Assembly (NCBI GenBank): GCA_041600715.1
Contig: JBFIJM010000002.1
Location: 5,770-69,769 of the forward strand
Direction of reading: 5' to 3'
DNA length: 64,000 nt
Source: Candidatus Saccharimonadales bacterium
GTDB taxonomy: Bacteria > Patescibacteriota > Saccharimonadia > Saccharimonadales > 2-12-FULL-41-12
Shown: positions 1-10,300 of the stretch, piece by piece
Numbering within the stretch: the first letter of the stretch is position 1
How the letters are laid out: each line of letters opens with the position of its first letter
The notes under the pieces: generated by a model
What the model was told of the DNA's origin: nothing
The model's database searches: none
The model's input: only the letters and a program-made list of their open reading frames with translations
Made by a program: the position numbers and the translations under genes

Positions 1-1298
1 CAAACGCAGTAAACAACTTTAGACCTTCTTCCGGGCCAAATTACAGAGCATTTGTGATAGGAGGCAAGACCATATTCCAAGCCCCGTCATCCTCTGGATC
101 AACACCGAATGGTGATGTTGTAAATTTAACATTTGGATTGCCTGGGTCGCAAACATGGACAGAGCAAGATGTTTCAGGAGGTTCTTTCGGAGGAGAGCTA
201 CTTAGCCAAGTTCATGGCTTAAGATATTGGCTAAACCCTACTACATCAGCACTTCCAGGTGACTTAACAGGAGCAACAGAGATCACTGACTTTATTGTTT
301 TTAGAGGAAATCAAGGAGGAAACTTTGAGCAAAGCCAAACAATAGCATCAGCATCAGTCAACCCACAAAGGAAAGACAGATTTTCGGTGTTAAAATTAGG
401 AGCAGGAGCAAACGTAGAACTTGACGTAATATCAGGAGACTTTGCTAAGAACGACATAATGATCCTGATGAACGACAGTGCCTTTACAATAAAAGTAAAT
501 GACCTCTCTATAAACTCAGGAAACATCATGCTAGACCCTGTAGGGTTCTCAATGCTTAATGATGACTACATCCTAACACTAATTTATACAGTTGACGATG
601 TGAATGGATTGGTTTGGAAGGAGCTATGGAGAACTCCTCAGACTGTAGCAGTAGACTCTATAACAAACATAGAAATAGCTCCAACAGCAGTAAGTACTAC
701 CGAACTAAAGGATAATGCCGTTACAAACATTAAGATGGCAGACAACTCTGTAGATACACTAGAGATAGTTAATGATGCGGTAACTACTGATAAGATCCTA
801 GATGCTAATGTCACAACAGCTAAAATAGCAGATTTAAACGTCACAACAGACAAGATGGCTTTAGTTTCTGTGGACTCTACCATACTAGCAGACAACGCAG
901 TAACCACAGACAAGATAGTAGATGACGCTGTTACAGTGGATAAGCTAGGAGGTACTTTAACAAGAGGATTCTTCACGTTCTCAGTATCATGGGAATCAGC
1001 AACAGAGCTAGGACAAGTTAAGGCAGCCATACCATTTGATATGACTGTGGTTGAGGTTGTTGTTTCGGTAGCAAACACTATTGAGGCAACAGACACAGCA
1101 ACACTAATTTTAAAAGACCAATCATTAGCTTCTATGGGGCAATTCGATATTTCTGGAGGAGTTACAATAGGAAACGACTTCACACTTATTCCTGCTGTAA
1201 ACAACACCTTTGTTGCAGGAGAAGCAATGACATTTGAAACCCTAAAGACTACCGTTGGAGGTAGGGCTGAAGTAACTGTTATTTATGACTTAGTATAA
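1..1298 (+). CDS. tail fibre-like protein (5' end probably upstream of the window)
   Basis: ORF-track entry 54..1298 starts at GTG, but the same frame is open back to nt 3. Carries about nine tandem 10-aa repeats (x-x-D-x-A-V-T-T-D-K-I). First of three consecutive fibre-like genes. Confidence 0.6.
   Translation, partial: NAVNNFRPSSGPNYRAFVIGGKTIFQAPSSSGSTPNGDVVNLTFGLPGSQTWTEQDVSGGSFGGELLSQVHGLRYWLNPTTSALPGDLTGATEITDFIVFRGNQGGNFEQSQTIASASVNPQRKDRFSVLKLGAGANVELDVISGDFAKNDIMILMNDSAFTIKVNDLSINSGNIMLDPVGFSMLNDDYILTLIYTVDDVNGLVWKELWRTPQTVAVDSITNIEIAPTAVSTTELKDNAVTNIKMADNSVDTLEIVNDAVTTDKILDANVTTAKIADLNVTTDKMALVSVDSTILADNAVTTDKIVDDAVTVDKLGGTLTRGFFTFSVSWESATELGQVKAAIPFDMTVVEVVVSVANTIEATDTATLILKDQSLASMGQFDISGGVTIGNDFTLIPAVNNTFVAGEAMTFETLKTTVGGRAEVTVIYDLV
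655..950 (+). repeat. tandem 30-nt / 10-aa coding repeats (..AVTTDKI..)
   Basis: Protein reads NAVTNIKMADNSVDTLEIVNDAVTTDKILDANVTTAKIADLNVTTDKMALVSVDSTILADNAVTTDKIVDDAVTVDKL, a period of 10 residues. Confidence 0.7.
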
Positions 1299-3043
1299 TG
1301 GCTATTAAAAGATACCCAAATACAACTAGGATAGCCATCAAAAATGTAGGGGATCAAATCTCCATACAGATTGACGGCTCTCTTTCTTTTTATTACCCTC
1401 AATTTCTTGATGTTTTTTCAGACGAAAGTTCTTTTGTCACCATAACAAATCAAGGGGAGGATATAATACAGGCTCCTACAGTATGTTTTACTGAGCCCTC
1501 TGGTGTTTCGGTGGAAGAGCTACTACCTTTGATTAAGTGTGTGTTTCAGGTTGTACCCGTATTAGAGATAAATCTTAATGAGCTACAAGCCATACAAGGA
1601 GCAAACGCTCCTTCATCAGGGAATGTGTTTGCTACGATAGACGACTTGATTGCTGATGACCAAACAGCAGCAGAGGTTCCTTTTACTCCGGACGGAGACA
1701 TCACAGCAACAGACACTCAGGCAGCCGTAGTGGAGGTAAGGGATGATACAGATACCAAACTAGCATTAAAAGAAGATTCAGCCAATAAAGGTGTTGCCAA
1801 TGGATACGCTTCATTAGATGGGTCAGGAACAATCCCATTAAGTGAGATTCCAGCAGGAATAGCAGGAGGATTAACCTGGAAAGGTCTTTGGAACGCATCT
1901 ACAAACACACCTGCACTAGCAAGTGGAGTAGGAACAAATGGAGATACCTACGAAGTGTCTGTAGCAGGAGCCACTAACCTTGATGGAATTACTGATTGGG
2001 AGATTGGAGATTTAGCCGTATTTAATGGGGCTGACTCTACTTGGGAGAAGATTGACAATACCGACAAGGTAACTTCGGTGTTTGGAAGAGATGGAGTGGT
2101 TGTAGCAGTTTCAGGAGACTATACAGCAGCTCAAGTAACAAATGCCTTTGATAAGACAGCAGACGATACTGATGACATCACAGAAGGAGCTACCAATAAA
2201 TTCAACCAAACACACACGGGAGACGTTACAGGAGCTACAACCCTAACCATTGGGCCTTTAAAAGTGACCAATGATATGTTGGCAGGGAGTATTGATAACT
2301 CCAAGTTATTGACAGACCCATTAGCAAGAGCAAACCACACAGGGACTCAATTAGCCTCTACAATATCTGACTTTGCTGATACAGTAAGGAACACCATACT
2401 AACAGGTATTTCCTTTGCTTCAACAGCAACAATTACAGCCGCAGATTCGGTGTTAACTGCTTTTGGGAAACTACAGGCCCAGGTTACACTGAATAATGCA
2501 AAGGTGACTAACGCTACACACACAGGAGAGGTTACAGGAGCTACAGCATTAACAGTAGATAAAACAGCAATATCAAACAAAACATTAGTTGACGTTGATC
2601 CATTAGACCACTTTATAATTGGAGATGCTTCTGATACTGACAACCTAAAGAAGGTTCAGGCAGGAGACTTCCTTACGGGAAGCGGAACAATACTCGCTAC
2701 AATTACCGGTATCGACGCAACAGCAGTGGGAGACACAAACCTATACACTGTTCCAGCAGGCAAGGAGACCGTTGTTAGATTTGTGATTATAAGGCTACAA
2801 GCAATTTCAGGAGGCGGTGCAGTACCGAAAGTTGCTATAGGAACAAACGCAACAAGTTATGACAACATCGTGGCCCAACAGTCTTTAACCGGATTAACAG
2901 CTATAGATAATGCCTTCACTTTCGCTGTACAGGGTGTTTTTAAGGTGGCTCAGGCTGCTGAGATAATAAAATTGAGGGTTAACCCTGCTTCTGCAAGGAC
3001 AACCTACACAATAGATGTTGATTTAATTGGATACACTATATAG
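1298..3043 (+). CDS. tail fibre protein
   Basis: 581-aa ORF whose start abuts the previous stop. Has GYASLDGSGTIPLSEIP and two THTG(D/E)VTGAT-LT motifs of the kind seen in phage fibre proteins. Confidence 0.7.
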   Translation: MAIKRYPNTTRIAIKNVGDQISIQIDGSLSFYYPQFLDVFSDESSFVTITNQGEDIIQAPTVCFTEPSGVSVEELLPLIKCVFQVVPVLEINLNELQAIQGANAPSSGNVFATIDDLIADDQTAAEVPFTPDGDITATDTQAAVVEVRDDTDTKLALKEDSANKGVANGYASLDGSGTIPLSEIPAGIAGGLTWKGLWNASTNTPALASGVGTNGDTYEVSVAGATNLDGITDWEIGDLAVFNGADSTWEKIDNTDKVTSVFGRDGVVVAVSGDYTAAQVTNAFDKTADDTDDITEGATNKFNQTHTGDVTGATTLTIGPLKVTNDMLAGSIDNSKLLTDPLARANHTGTQLASTISDFADTVRNTILTGISFASTATITAADSVLTAFGKLQAQVTLNNAKVTNATHTGEVTGATALTVDKTAISNKTLVDVDPLDHFIIGDASDTDNLKKVQAGDFLTGSGTILATITGIDATAVGDTNLYTVPAGKETVVRFVIIRLQAISGGGAVPKVAIGTNATSYDNIVAQQSLTGLTAIDNAFTFAVQGVFKVAQAAEIIKLRVNPASARTTYTIDVDLIGYTI

Positions 3044-3045
3044 TT

Positions 3046-4431
3046 ATGGCAGAAAAAGTAAAATGTCAAGATAGCACAACGGGAAAAACCTTTTGGTCAG
3101 ACCAAGATTTAGATGTAATCATATCTGGGGATCCTGCTGTTGCCGCAAACACTTCAAAGGTAACAAACGCTACACACACAGGAGATGTGACGGGAGATAC
3201 AGCCCTAACGATAGCAAATAACGCAGTAACAAACACTAAAGCTGCTGACATGGCAGCTAATACGGTTAAAGTTAGAAATGTTGGGACAACAGGAAACCCA
3301 TCAGACTTACCAATGAGTCCTAGCACATTCTTGGCAAGACTGTCTTCAGGTAATATTGTTTCAGCTAATTCTGCTCAAGCCACAGACTTAATGGATCTAT
3401 TTACAGATTCACTTAAGGGATTAGCTCCTGCAAGTGGGGGTGGGACAGATAATTTCTTAAGAGCAGACGGAGTATGGGCTTCACCACCAGGAGGAGGAGC
3501 AGGAACAGGATCCCTGCCTGTTGCCCAAGCAATAAAAACAACATCACAAGGATTGACAATAACATCAACCAATATAGTATTTGATACTACTGAGGTTGAG
3601 AATGACCCTGCTGTACTTGACCATGACGCTGCAAATAAGGAGAGGATTTACTTAAATGATGTAGGATACTACTGGGGAACATTGGGTGGGGCATTAACAT
3701 CTACAGACAATGCAGATCAAACAGCCACATTTGAATTGTATAAAAATGATTCAACACTTCTATCTTCATTTAGTTTTACAGTTGACAAGCAATCGTCAGA
3801 GGTTTTTAGTAGAACCTTTGTTATACCTCCTTTAGTGGCAGGAGATTATTTAAACATTAAGATTAAAGTATCGAGTGGAACTTCTGTGACATTAAATTCT
3901 CATTGTAGAACCCAGATATTCAAAATGAATGGCTCTAAGGGTGATACAGGAGCTACGGGTGCAGGCTCAAATGTCATTACCCAGAAAGACGATGTTACAG
4001 TAGGAACAGTAATGGGAACCCTTAATTTTGAGGGAAATATGTCTCTTACTGACGAGGGTGGAAACAAAGTCACAATAACAAAAGGAGAGGCACAATCAAT
4101 TACGGGTGCAGCAACCTTATCAGCTACATCTTGGGCTATTGAGCGTAGATTTATGTTTGCAGGAACATCTAAGGTAGGCGCAATAACAAAAATATTTTTA
4201 AACTGTTGGAGAACAGCAGGAACAGGAACATTTGATTTAAGAATAGTTAATGCTGAGAACGCACAAGTTATATGTACAGCTACTTTACAAAGCAGTACTG
4301 ATGATGCAAATATTATTGATATGGGAACAATATCAAACCTACCAACAACAAGAACTATTTTTGAAGTTCAAGGACAAGTAAGTAGCGGAACAACAGTTGC
4401 CTTTTTAGGTGCAATATATTTTGAGAAATGA
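3046..4431 (+). CDS. tail fibre / receptor-binding protein
   Basis: 461-aa ORF with NATHTGDVTGDTALTI, FLRADGVWASPPGG and a short collagen-like GSKGDTGATGAGS stretch. Confidence 0.65.
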   Translation: MAEKVKCQDSTTGKTFWSDQDLDVIISGDPAVAANTSKVTNATHTGDVTGDTALTIANNAVTNTKAADMAANTVKVRNVGTTGNPSDLPMSPSTFLARLSSGNIVSANSAQATDLMDLFTDSLKGLAPASGGGTDNFLRADGVWASPPGGGAGTGSLPVAQAIKTTSQGLTITSTNIVFDTTEVENDPAVLDHDAANKERIYLNDVGYYWGTLGGALTSTDNADQTATFELYKNDSTLLSSFSFTVDKQSSEVFSRTFVIPPLVAGDYLNIKIKVSSGTSVTLNSHCRTQIFKMNGSKGDTGATGAGSNVITQKDDVTVGTVMGTLNFEGNMSLTDEGGNKVTITKGEAQSITGAATLSATSWAIERRFMFAGTSKVGAITKIFLNCWRTAGTGTFDLRIVNAENAQVICTATLQSSTDDANIIDMGTISNLPTTRTIFEVQGQVSSGTTVAFLGAIYFEK

Positions 4432-4949
4432 TGAATAAGTATAAAATATGGTGCGTAACTGACCAAAAGTGGGAAGAAGTCATATCTTCAACCACGCCTA
4501 CAGAATGTCCTATTGATTCACTTCATACAGTAGATTCTAATAGCGCAGTTATAATTGAAAAAGAAATCAAGAAACTTGATGGATCTCCTGAAAACTTAAC
4601 TCTTGATGAGTATAAGTCTATGAAGTATGGAGACATTGACAGAAAGACAGGAGAGCTTATTAGCCAAGGGTTTACCTATCTTTCAAATCAATTCAGCCTA
4701 TCATCAACGGCACAACACAATCTTAATGGCTTAGAAATTAGCAAGGACTTGCTAACATACCCTGTTGAATATAATACAATAGATGATACAGGTGTCTATC
4801 AAGTGGTTGACGCTACCGATATGCACAATATGTATTTAGCAGCTTTAACTGCAAAGAAAGGACACTTAGATAGTGGGTCTGCATTAAAATCACAAGTAAG
4901 GGTATCTACAGATAAAGCAGGAGTTGATGCAGTAATAGACAATAGATAA
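4428..4949 (+). CDS. hypothetical protein (fibre assembly/chaperone role possible from position only)
   Basis: 173-aa ORF with ATGA overlap to the upstream fibre gene. No motif recognised. Confidence 0.55.
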   Translation: MMNKYKIWCVTDQKWEEVISSTTPTECPIDSLHTVDSNSAVIIEKEIKKLDGSPENLTLDEYKSMKYGDIDRKTGELISQGFTYLSNQFSLSSTAQHNLNGLEISKDLLTYPVEYNTIDDTGVYQVVDATDMHNMYLAALTAKKGHLDSGSALKSQVRVSTDKAGVDAVIDNR

Positions 4950-5218
4950 TGGAAACTAATGGATGTGGAGGCAAGGGAAGCTGGATAAAAGTACCTAACT
5001 TTATCTTTGAAGCTTCTTGCAACAAGCATGACATTGGATACGGAATAGGAGGGGATGAGGCAAGGAGATTTGAATGTGACGCTAAATTTTTAGTAATGAT
5101 GTTGAAGGATACATATAGAGTGCCAGACAGGATATTAAGGTTTTATTATCAGTGGTGGGCATTTACATACTTTTTCGGTGTTAGAATAGGAGGTAAAAAA
5201 TATTTCAATTATGATTGA
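4949..5218 (+). CDS. small phospholipase A2-like protein
   Basis: 89 aa. GCGGKG, SCNKHDIGY and FECDAKF mirror the CGxGG calcium loop, the CxxHDxxY catalytic dyad and the CxCD motifs of secreted PLA2. Confidence 0.5.
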   Translation: METNGCGGKGSWIKVPNFIFEASCNKHDIGYGIGGDEARRFECDAKFLVMMLKDTYRVPDRILRFYYQWWAFTYFFGVRIGGKKYFNYD

Positions 5219-5921
5219 CGTAAACGAACTTAAAATATTCATTGACTTTGTTGCCAACAAAGAGCAATCAGGTACAGCTTATTCTATAGATCAGCTCAAT
5301 ATCGCCTTCCAAGCAGCTAACATTGACTTGTTTAAGTTGAGGTATGGACTTCCTGAAGAGTATGCCCCTGGGATGCCTCTTCCTAGAATGTCTTATGAGG
5401 TAACACAGAAAATTAAAGATGACTTAAGGTCAGTAAAAGAGAAGGTAATCATTCCTGTTGATAGTTTCGGTATTATGACATTACCGAATGATTACGTGCA
5501 TAAAACAGCAATAGAATATGTTAAGGTTACTAATGACCCGGACTGTGATGTTCCGGAAGTATTATACAAGTCGGTTGAGATCATCGACGATGACAAGTGG
5601 AGCGAGAGACTATCGAACACCATCAAGAAACCGACACTTGATTTTCCAGTCTGCAACTTTTTAAAGGACAGCATTAGGTTTATGCCTAAGAGCCTCAGAG
5701 AGGTCGAATTAAGCTATCTGAGAGTCCCAAACAAGCCTGTATGGGGATATGTGTTCCAAAGTGGAATTGAGGTGTACAGCCCAATTAATAGCGTTCAGTT
5801 TGAATGGAATGAGATATTGTTCACAGATGTTGCAAAACTTGTATTGAATTATCTATCTATTAACTTGAAAGATGTCGAACTTTACGAGGCTATGGCTGAG
5901 TATAAAGCAAAAGGAATATAA
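5211..5921 (+). CDS. hypothetical virion/tail protein
   Basis: 236-aa ORF overlapping the previous gene by 8 nt, inside the structural block. Confidence 0.65.
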   Translation: MIDVNELKIFIDFVANKEQSGTAYSIDQLNIAFQAANIDLFKLRYGLPEEYAPGMPLPRMSYEVTQKIKDDLRSVKEKVIIPVDSFGIMTLPNDYVHKTAIEYVKVTNDPDCDVPEVLYKSVEIIDDDKWSERLSNTIKKPTLDFPVCNFLKDSIRFMPKSLREVELSYLRVPNKPVWGYVFQSGIEVYSPINSVQFEWNEILFTDVAKLVLNYLSINLKDVELYEAMAEYKAKGI

Positions 5922-5924
5922 CAG

Positions 5925-6551
5925 ATGGCACTTACTAAAAAAGAAATATCAGAGTTCGTTAGAGATATAATGTCTGGTGGAGACCCCACTAGGGAGGGTA
6001 AGTTCCATGACACAATTATTTGGAAAGCTGCCGACATTGTGTTGGGAGGACTTATCCAAGAGGCTATGTGGAAGGATCAGCAGAGTAATGGGTACGAGCT
6101 TAATGGAAGCTTCCTGTCTACTGTTTCCGAGAAGGTAATGTTGGATGAGGAGAGAGGAGAGAAGTACAGTAAATTGCCACATTCGGTAATATCCCTAAAG
6201 GAGAACAGAGGTCTTCACAGGGTATCTGAGGTTGGTAACATAGACAATGCTTTTACACAGACACCTAATGGTGGGCATGATGTGTTTTCAATACTTGATG
6301 CACACTACCTTAATAGCCATACAGAGTTCTATCAGGAGGGAAATAAGATATACTACCGAAACATCGGGTCAACTGTTGAGAAGGTCTTAATCAAAGCAGT
6401 ATTCTCTATAACAGGATTGGATCCTGATGCACCAGTAGCTATTCCTTCTTCATTGGAGGATATGTTTATTGAGAGAATCACCGAGAGACTGAGGATTCAG
6501 CAGATAACTCCTGAAGACAAGAGTAATGACCAAAACCCTAATGTGAGATGA
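5925..6551 (+). CDS. hypothetical virion/tail protein
   Basis: 208-aa ORF, tightly packed on the same strand. Confidence 0.65.
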   Translation: MALTKKEISEFVRDIMSGGDPTREGKFHDTIIWKAADIVLGGLIQEAMWKDQQSNGYELNGSFLSTVSEKVMLDEERGEKYSKLPHSVISLKENRGLHRVSEVGNIDNAFTQTPNGGHDVFSILDAHYLNSHTEFYQEGNKIYYRNIGSTVEKVLIKAVFSITGLDPDAPVAIPSSLEDMFIERITERLRIQQITPEDKSNDQNPNVR

Positions 6552-7327
6552 GCCAAGATACAAACGGAATAGTAAACCTAGACTACGTTGTGAACCTTGT
6601 TCTAATGGACTTGGACGACTACTCTATGACTAAATACAAGAAGTTCCTACAGTATACCATAATGGGATACCAAGACCTCAACCTGTACACAATGCAGAAT
6701 GTTAAAGTGGCCTACCTTCCTGTGAAAGCAAATAAAACCGTAGACCTACCTATTGATTTTGTAGAATACACAAAGATCGGATATGACTCAGGAGGAAGTG
6801 TTGCTGTGTTAGGTCACAACGAAAACCTAATGCTACCAAGGCTTACTGATGATTGTGGGAACACAACCAATGAGAATGAAGGGGGATGCGAGGCTGACAG
6901 CCTAATCTTCCCGAACTATGGATACTACTTTGCTCCTCACTACCGAAATGGTCAGTTTGTAGGAGAATTGTACTCTGGTATTGGAGATGGTCAAACAGAC
7001 GGTCAGTACAGAGTTGATTTAGACAGAAGGCAAATAGCCTTTAATAGCGACCTAGCAGCGACCACTATTATCCTAGAGTACAAATCGTCAGGGGTAGGTG
7101 GAGATGGTTCTACTAACATCCCTAGACAATGCGTAGAGGCACTAAGGTCATACGTACATTGGCAAAGAAAAAGACATAACGACAAAACAGCAAGAAACGA
7201 AAAGATTGCGCTTCAGCAAGAATACTATATCGAGTTTGAAAAATTAAGAGACCTTGAGTTTTCATTTACTTATAATGAGTATCTTGACAGCAGAAGAAGA
7301 ACATACAGCTCTATACCTAAACGATAA
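6548..7327 (+). CDS. hypothetical virion/tail protein
   Basis: 259-aa ORF with a 4-nt overlap to the previous gene. Confidence 0.65.
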   Translation: MSQDTNGIVNLDYVVNLVLMDLDDYSMTKYKKFLQYTIMGYQDLNLYTMQNVKVAYLPVKANKTVDLPIDFVEYTKIGYDSGGSVAVLGHNENLMLPRLTDDCGNTTNENEGGCEADSLIFPNYGYYFAPHYRNGQFVGELYSGIGDGQTDGQYRVDLDRRQIAFNSDLAATTIILEYKSSGVGGDGSTNIPRQCVEALRSYVHWQRKRHNDKTARNEKIALQQEYYIEFEKLRDLEFSFTYNEYLDSRRRTYSSIPKR

Positions 7328-7332
7328 TACCT

Positions 7333-10300
7333 ATGCCACAGTATTTAGAAGACAAAATACCTAACAATGGAATGAATCGTGACGATGAAAATCGTTTAGT
7401 AGAAAAGAATGAATTTCGATTTGCATTAAATCTACGAGGAGGTTCTTCAGATGATGACAACATTGGGACTATTGAAAACGTAAAAGGAACAACTGAAGTA
7501 ACCTTTGACCTTCCAAAAGGAAACAATAAAGTCATTGGATCTCATGGAGACCAAACAACCAACTCCAATTTCTTCTTCCTATTTAACAGCTTAGGTAATC
7601 ACACCATCTACAGATACTTCCCTGACACAAGAGAGATAAGAATACTCTCTAGGGATAGTCGGTGGAACTTTTCTGAATACGACCTTATTAACGACATAAA
7701 TGTTATTGATGGGGAGCTTCTATACTTTAGAGACATAGAGAACCCACCAAGGAAGATAAACATCAACAAGGCTGATAATGACAACCCTGACACTAGACAG
7801 GTGTTCCATTGGTACTTAGGGGATGACTATTTGGATGGAGAGACTACGCTAGACCTAGTGTTTACTGTTCAACCGGAAAGATATTCAACTGCCCAGGTTC
7901 CTCAGATCACAGAGACATTTACAGTATTAACTCCTGCTCCTGATGAAGGAAAGCCTGAGATTGCTAGAGACCTTACTGAGCAAATAAACAATGGGGTAGC
8001 TAATGGCTCTATAGCTTTAGACATAGAAGCTGAGTCGTGTGGGGAATTTGTTATAATCACAACAACTAGCCCTGACTATTACACTATCACAGCTTTGAAG
8101 GGAGGGTTCAACACTGTAATGGTAGTCCCTCAAAACCACTACATAGGATACGCTGAGAGAACTATTGATGTTATTAAGCATCCTCCTCATTGTGAGCTAA
8201 AGGCTCAAATCAAGACTGACGAGAAGTTTAATCGAAACTACCTATCAAGAAAGGTGTTTCAGTTTGCAGCTAGATATATTTATGATGACGACGAGAAGTC
8301 AACAGTTGACCCTTACTCTATCCATATATTCAATGACAGTCAATGTCTTCAGTTCTCAACACCTACACTGAACAACTATATTGAGATTGACCTTTCGGTG
8401 TTCCCTGAACTTCTTGAACCACTTGAGCTTCAGACTATTAGACAGATAGAGTTGTTTGTCCGTATAGGAGAGCTTGGAAATTGGAAGTCAATAACCACGT
8501 TAGAGCAGTATCAGTTTGTAGATACTGCTAACCAGCATTATGACTTTTACAACAACGGAAGGTACAACCCTGTAGATCAAGCAGACTTTGTTCGTCCTTT
8601 TGATTTGGTTCCAATTAGGACTAAGAATATGGAGATTGCCAAGAACAGACAGTTTTTCGGTAATAACTTAGAGGGGTATGATAATGTTTGTACTGATGCT
8701 AAATTAGACATAGATTACGATGATGTTGAGGCTAGGATAAAACCTCCTACATACACCATAAAAGGAAGGATAGATATTAGAGCTGCGTTTAATGGTGGGT
8801 TCTCTGGGGCATTAAAAGACCATCAGCCAATATGGAAGGATAATATTGGTGGAGATGATGGGCCAGTAACAAACCCTACAGTTTGGGGAGGCATTGATAA
8901 TAAGCCATTCAAGGACTTTGATATGGAGGATATAGCCGCAAAGACAGGTCAAATACTTCCTCTGGGTGGATTTGTTGTTTATTTAGCTGGCACAGACTAC
9001 TATGGAATTTCTAAGCAGAAAACAGGTTATTCAGGACTATCTGATGTTGGACAGGATGACAACGGGGTGTTTGTGGGTAGCGGTGGTAGTTACGTGGATC
9101 ATGTTCGGGAATACATAATTGAAGAAGGGACATACGGAGAGCTTTTTAGTACGTTTGAAATATCGAATGTTCCTGATGGATGGTACTACTTAAGGGTTGC
9201 CTCTCACCAAACGGTACAAGGAGATTTGGATAGCGGAGAAAGAGGGTATCAAAGAACAAGCACAAACGCCTTTCAATTTGTAAATCCAAACTTTCTTAGT
9301 GGAGGGTTTACATATATAGAGGAGGCAGGGTCAAGGAATGAGATATTGGTTCATGTTTCAGCAGGAAACATATCAAACCTACAAAACATAGGGATAAGCA
9401 TAATGGATCTTAGTTATGCAAACAAATTGGGAAGCACCAAGATATTGTCTGGGTATGTTGTTGATAGCGACATAACAGGGAGCATAAGTACTTACTCTGA
9501 AGCAATAGCCGACACAAGGATTTCAAGAGCCCTAGTAACATTTGACAAGTCAGCAGCGACACACCACCATTTCAATACTGTTGTAGGTGGTCAGCCGATT
9601 CCTTCTGACCCAATAAATGATTGGGCTTATGACTATTGGCTTCAAGAACAGGAGCCTGGCGCAGCGACAGAGACAGATACTAGGACTGATGGAACAATAA
9701 CCGACCATAATGGATTTTTCTTTTTTGCTTCATCACAATCAATGTTCAAATTTCCGTTCATTTCAGATGGAAAGTTAAGTATTGAGAACATAAGACCTGC
9801 AAACGACCCTTCCTCAATAGGTCAGTACAATGGGGTTCTTTATTCTCAGCAAGGAGGAACAAACAGCATAAAAGAGAACAGTTTTGCCGTTGTAGCAAGT
9901 AGAGCCCCAGCAGGAGCAAGCAACCTGAATAGAACTAAGGTCACTGGTGTAATAGAGGATCAAAACTCTTTAGGAATACCTAAAGCATCAATCATATCAA
10001 GTAGAACTGCTACTCATGAAACAGATTCAACTGGAGAGTTTGAGTTCTTCCATTACGGAATACTTGACCGTTCAGGAGTCATTGGAGGAGCAGGAGTTTC
10101 AGGTGCTTCAGGTGCTTTTAAAACTCTCCTATTCCCTTCTCAGTCAGCAGGAACCTGTAGTGCTAGTTTCTCAGATAGCGAAATCTACAACTTCAACTTT
10201 GACTACCCTAACTGGTATGTAAACAACTTCTCTCCTGATTTAACTCAAGGGTTTAGTGCTCTAGTGAACTCTGCTCCATTAACATTGGATATTGCAAAGT

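Noticed and set aside
638-1207. 189-aa minus-strand ORF inside the first fibre gene.
   Set aside because: It is antisense to a repeat-bearing, motif-containing fibre ORF. Its composition is the complement artefact of the VTTDK repeats.
2200-3230. The repeated THTGDVTG cassettes as template/variable repeats of a diversity-generating retroelement.
   Set aside because: No reverse transcriptase is present in the window. The differences between copies are not adenine-specific.
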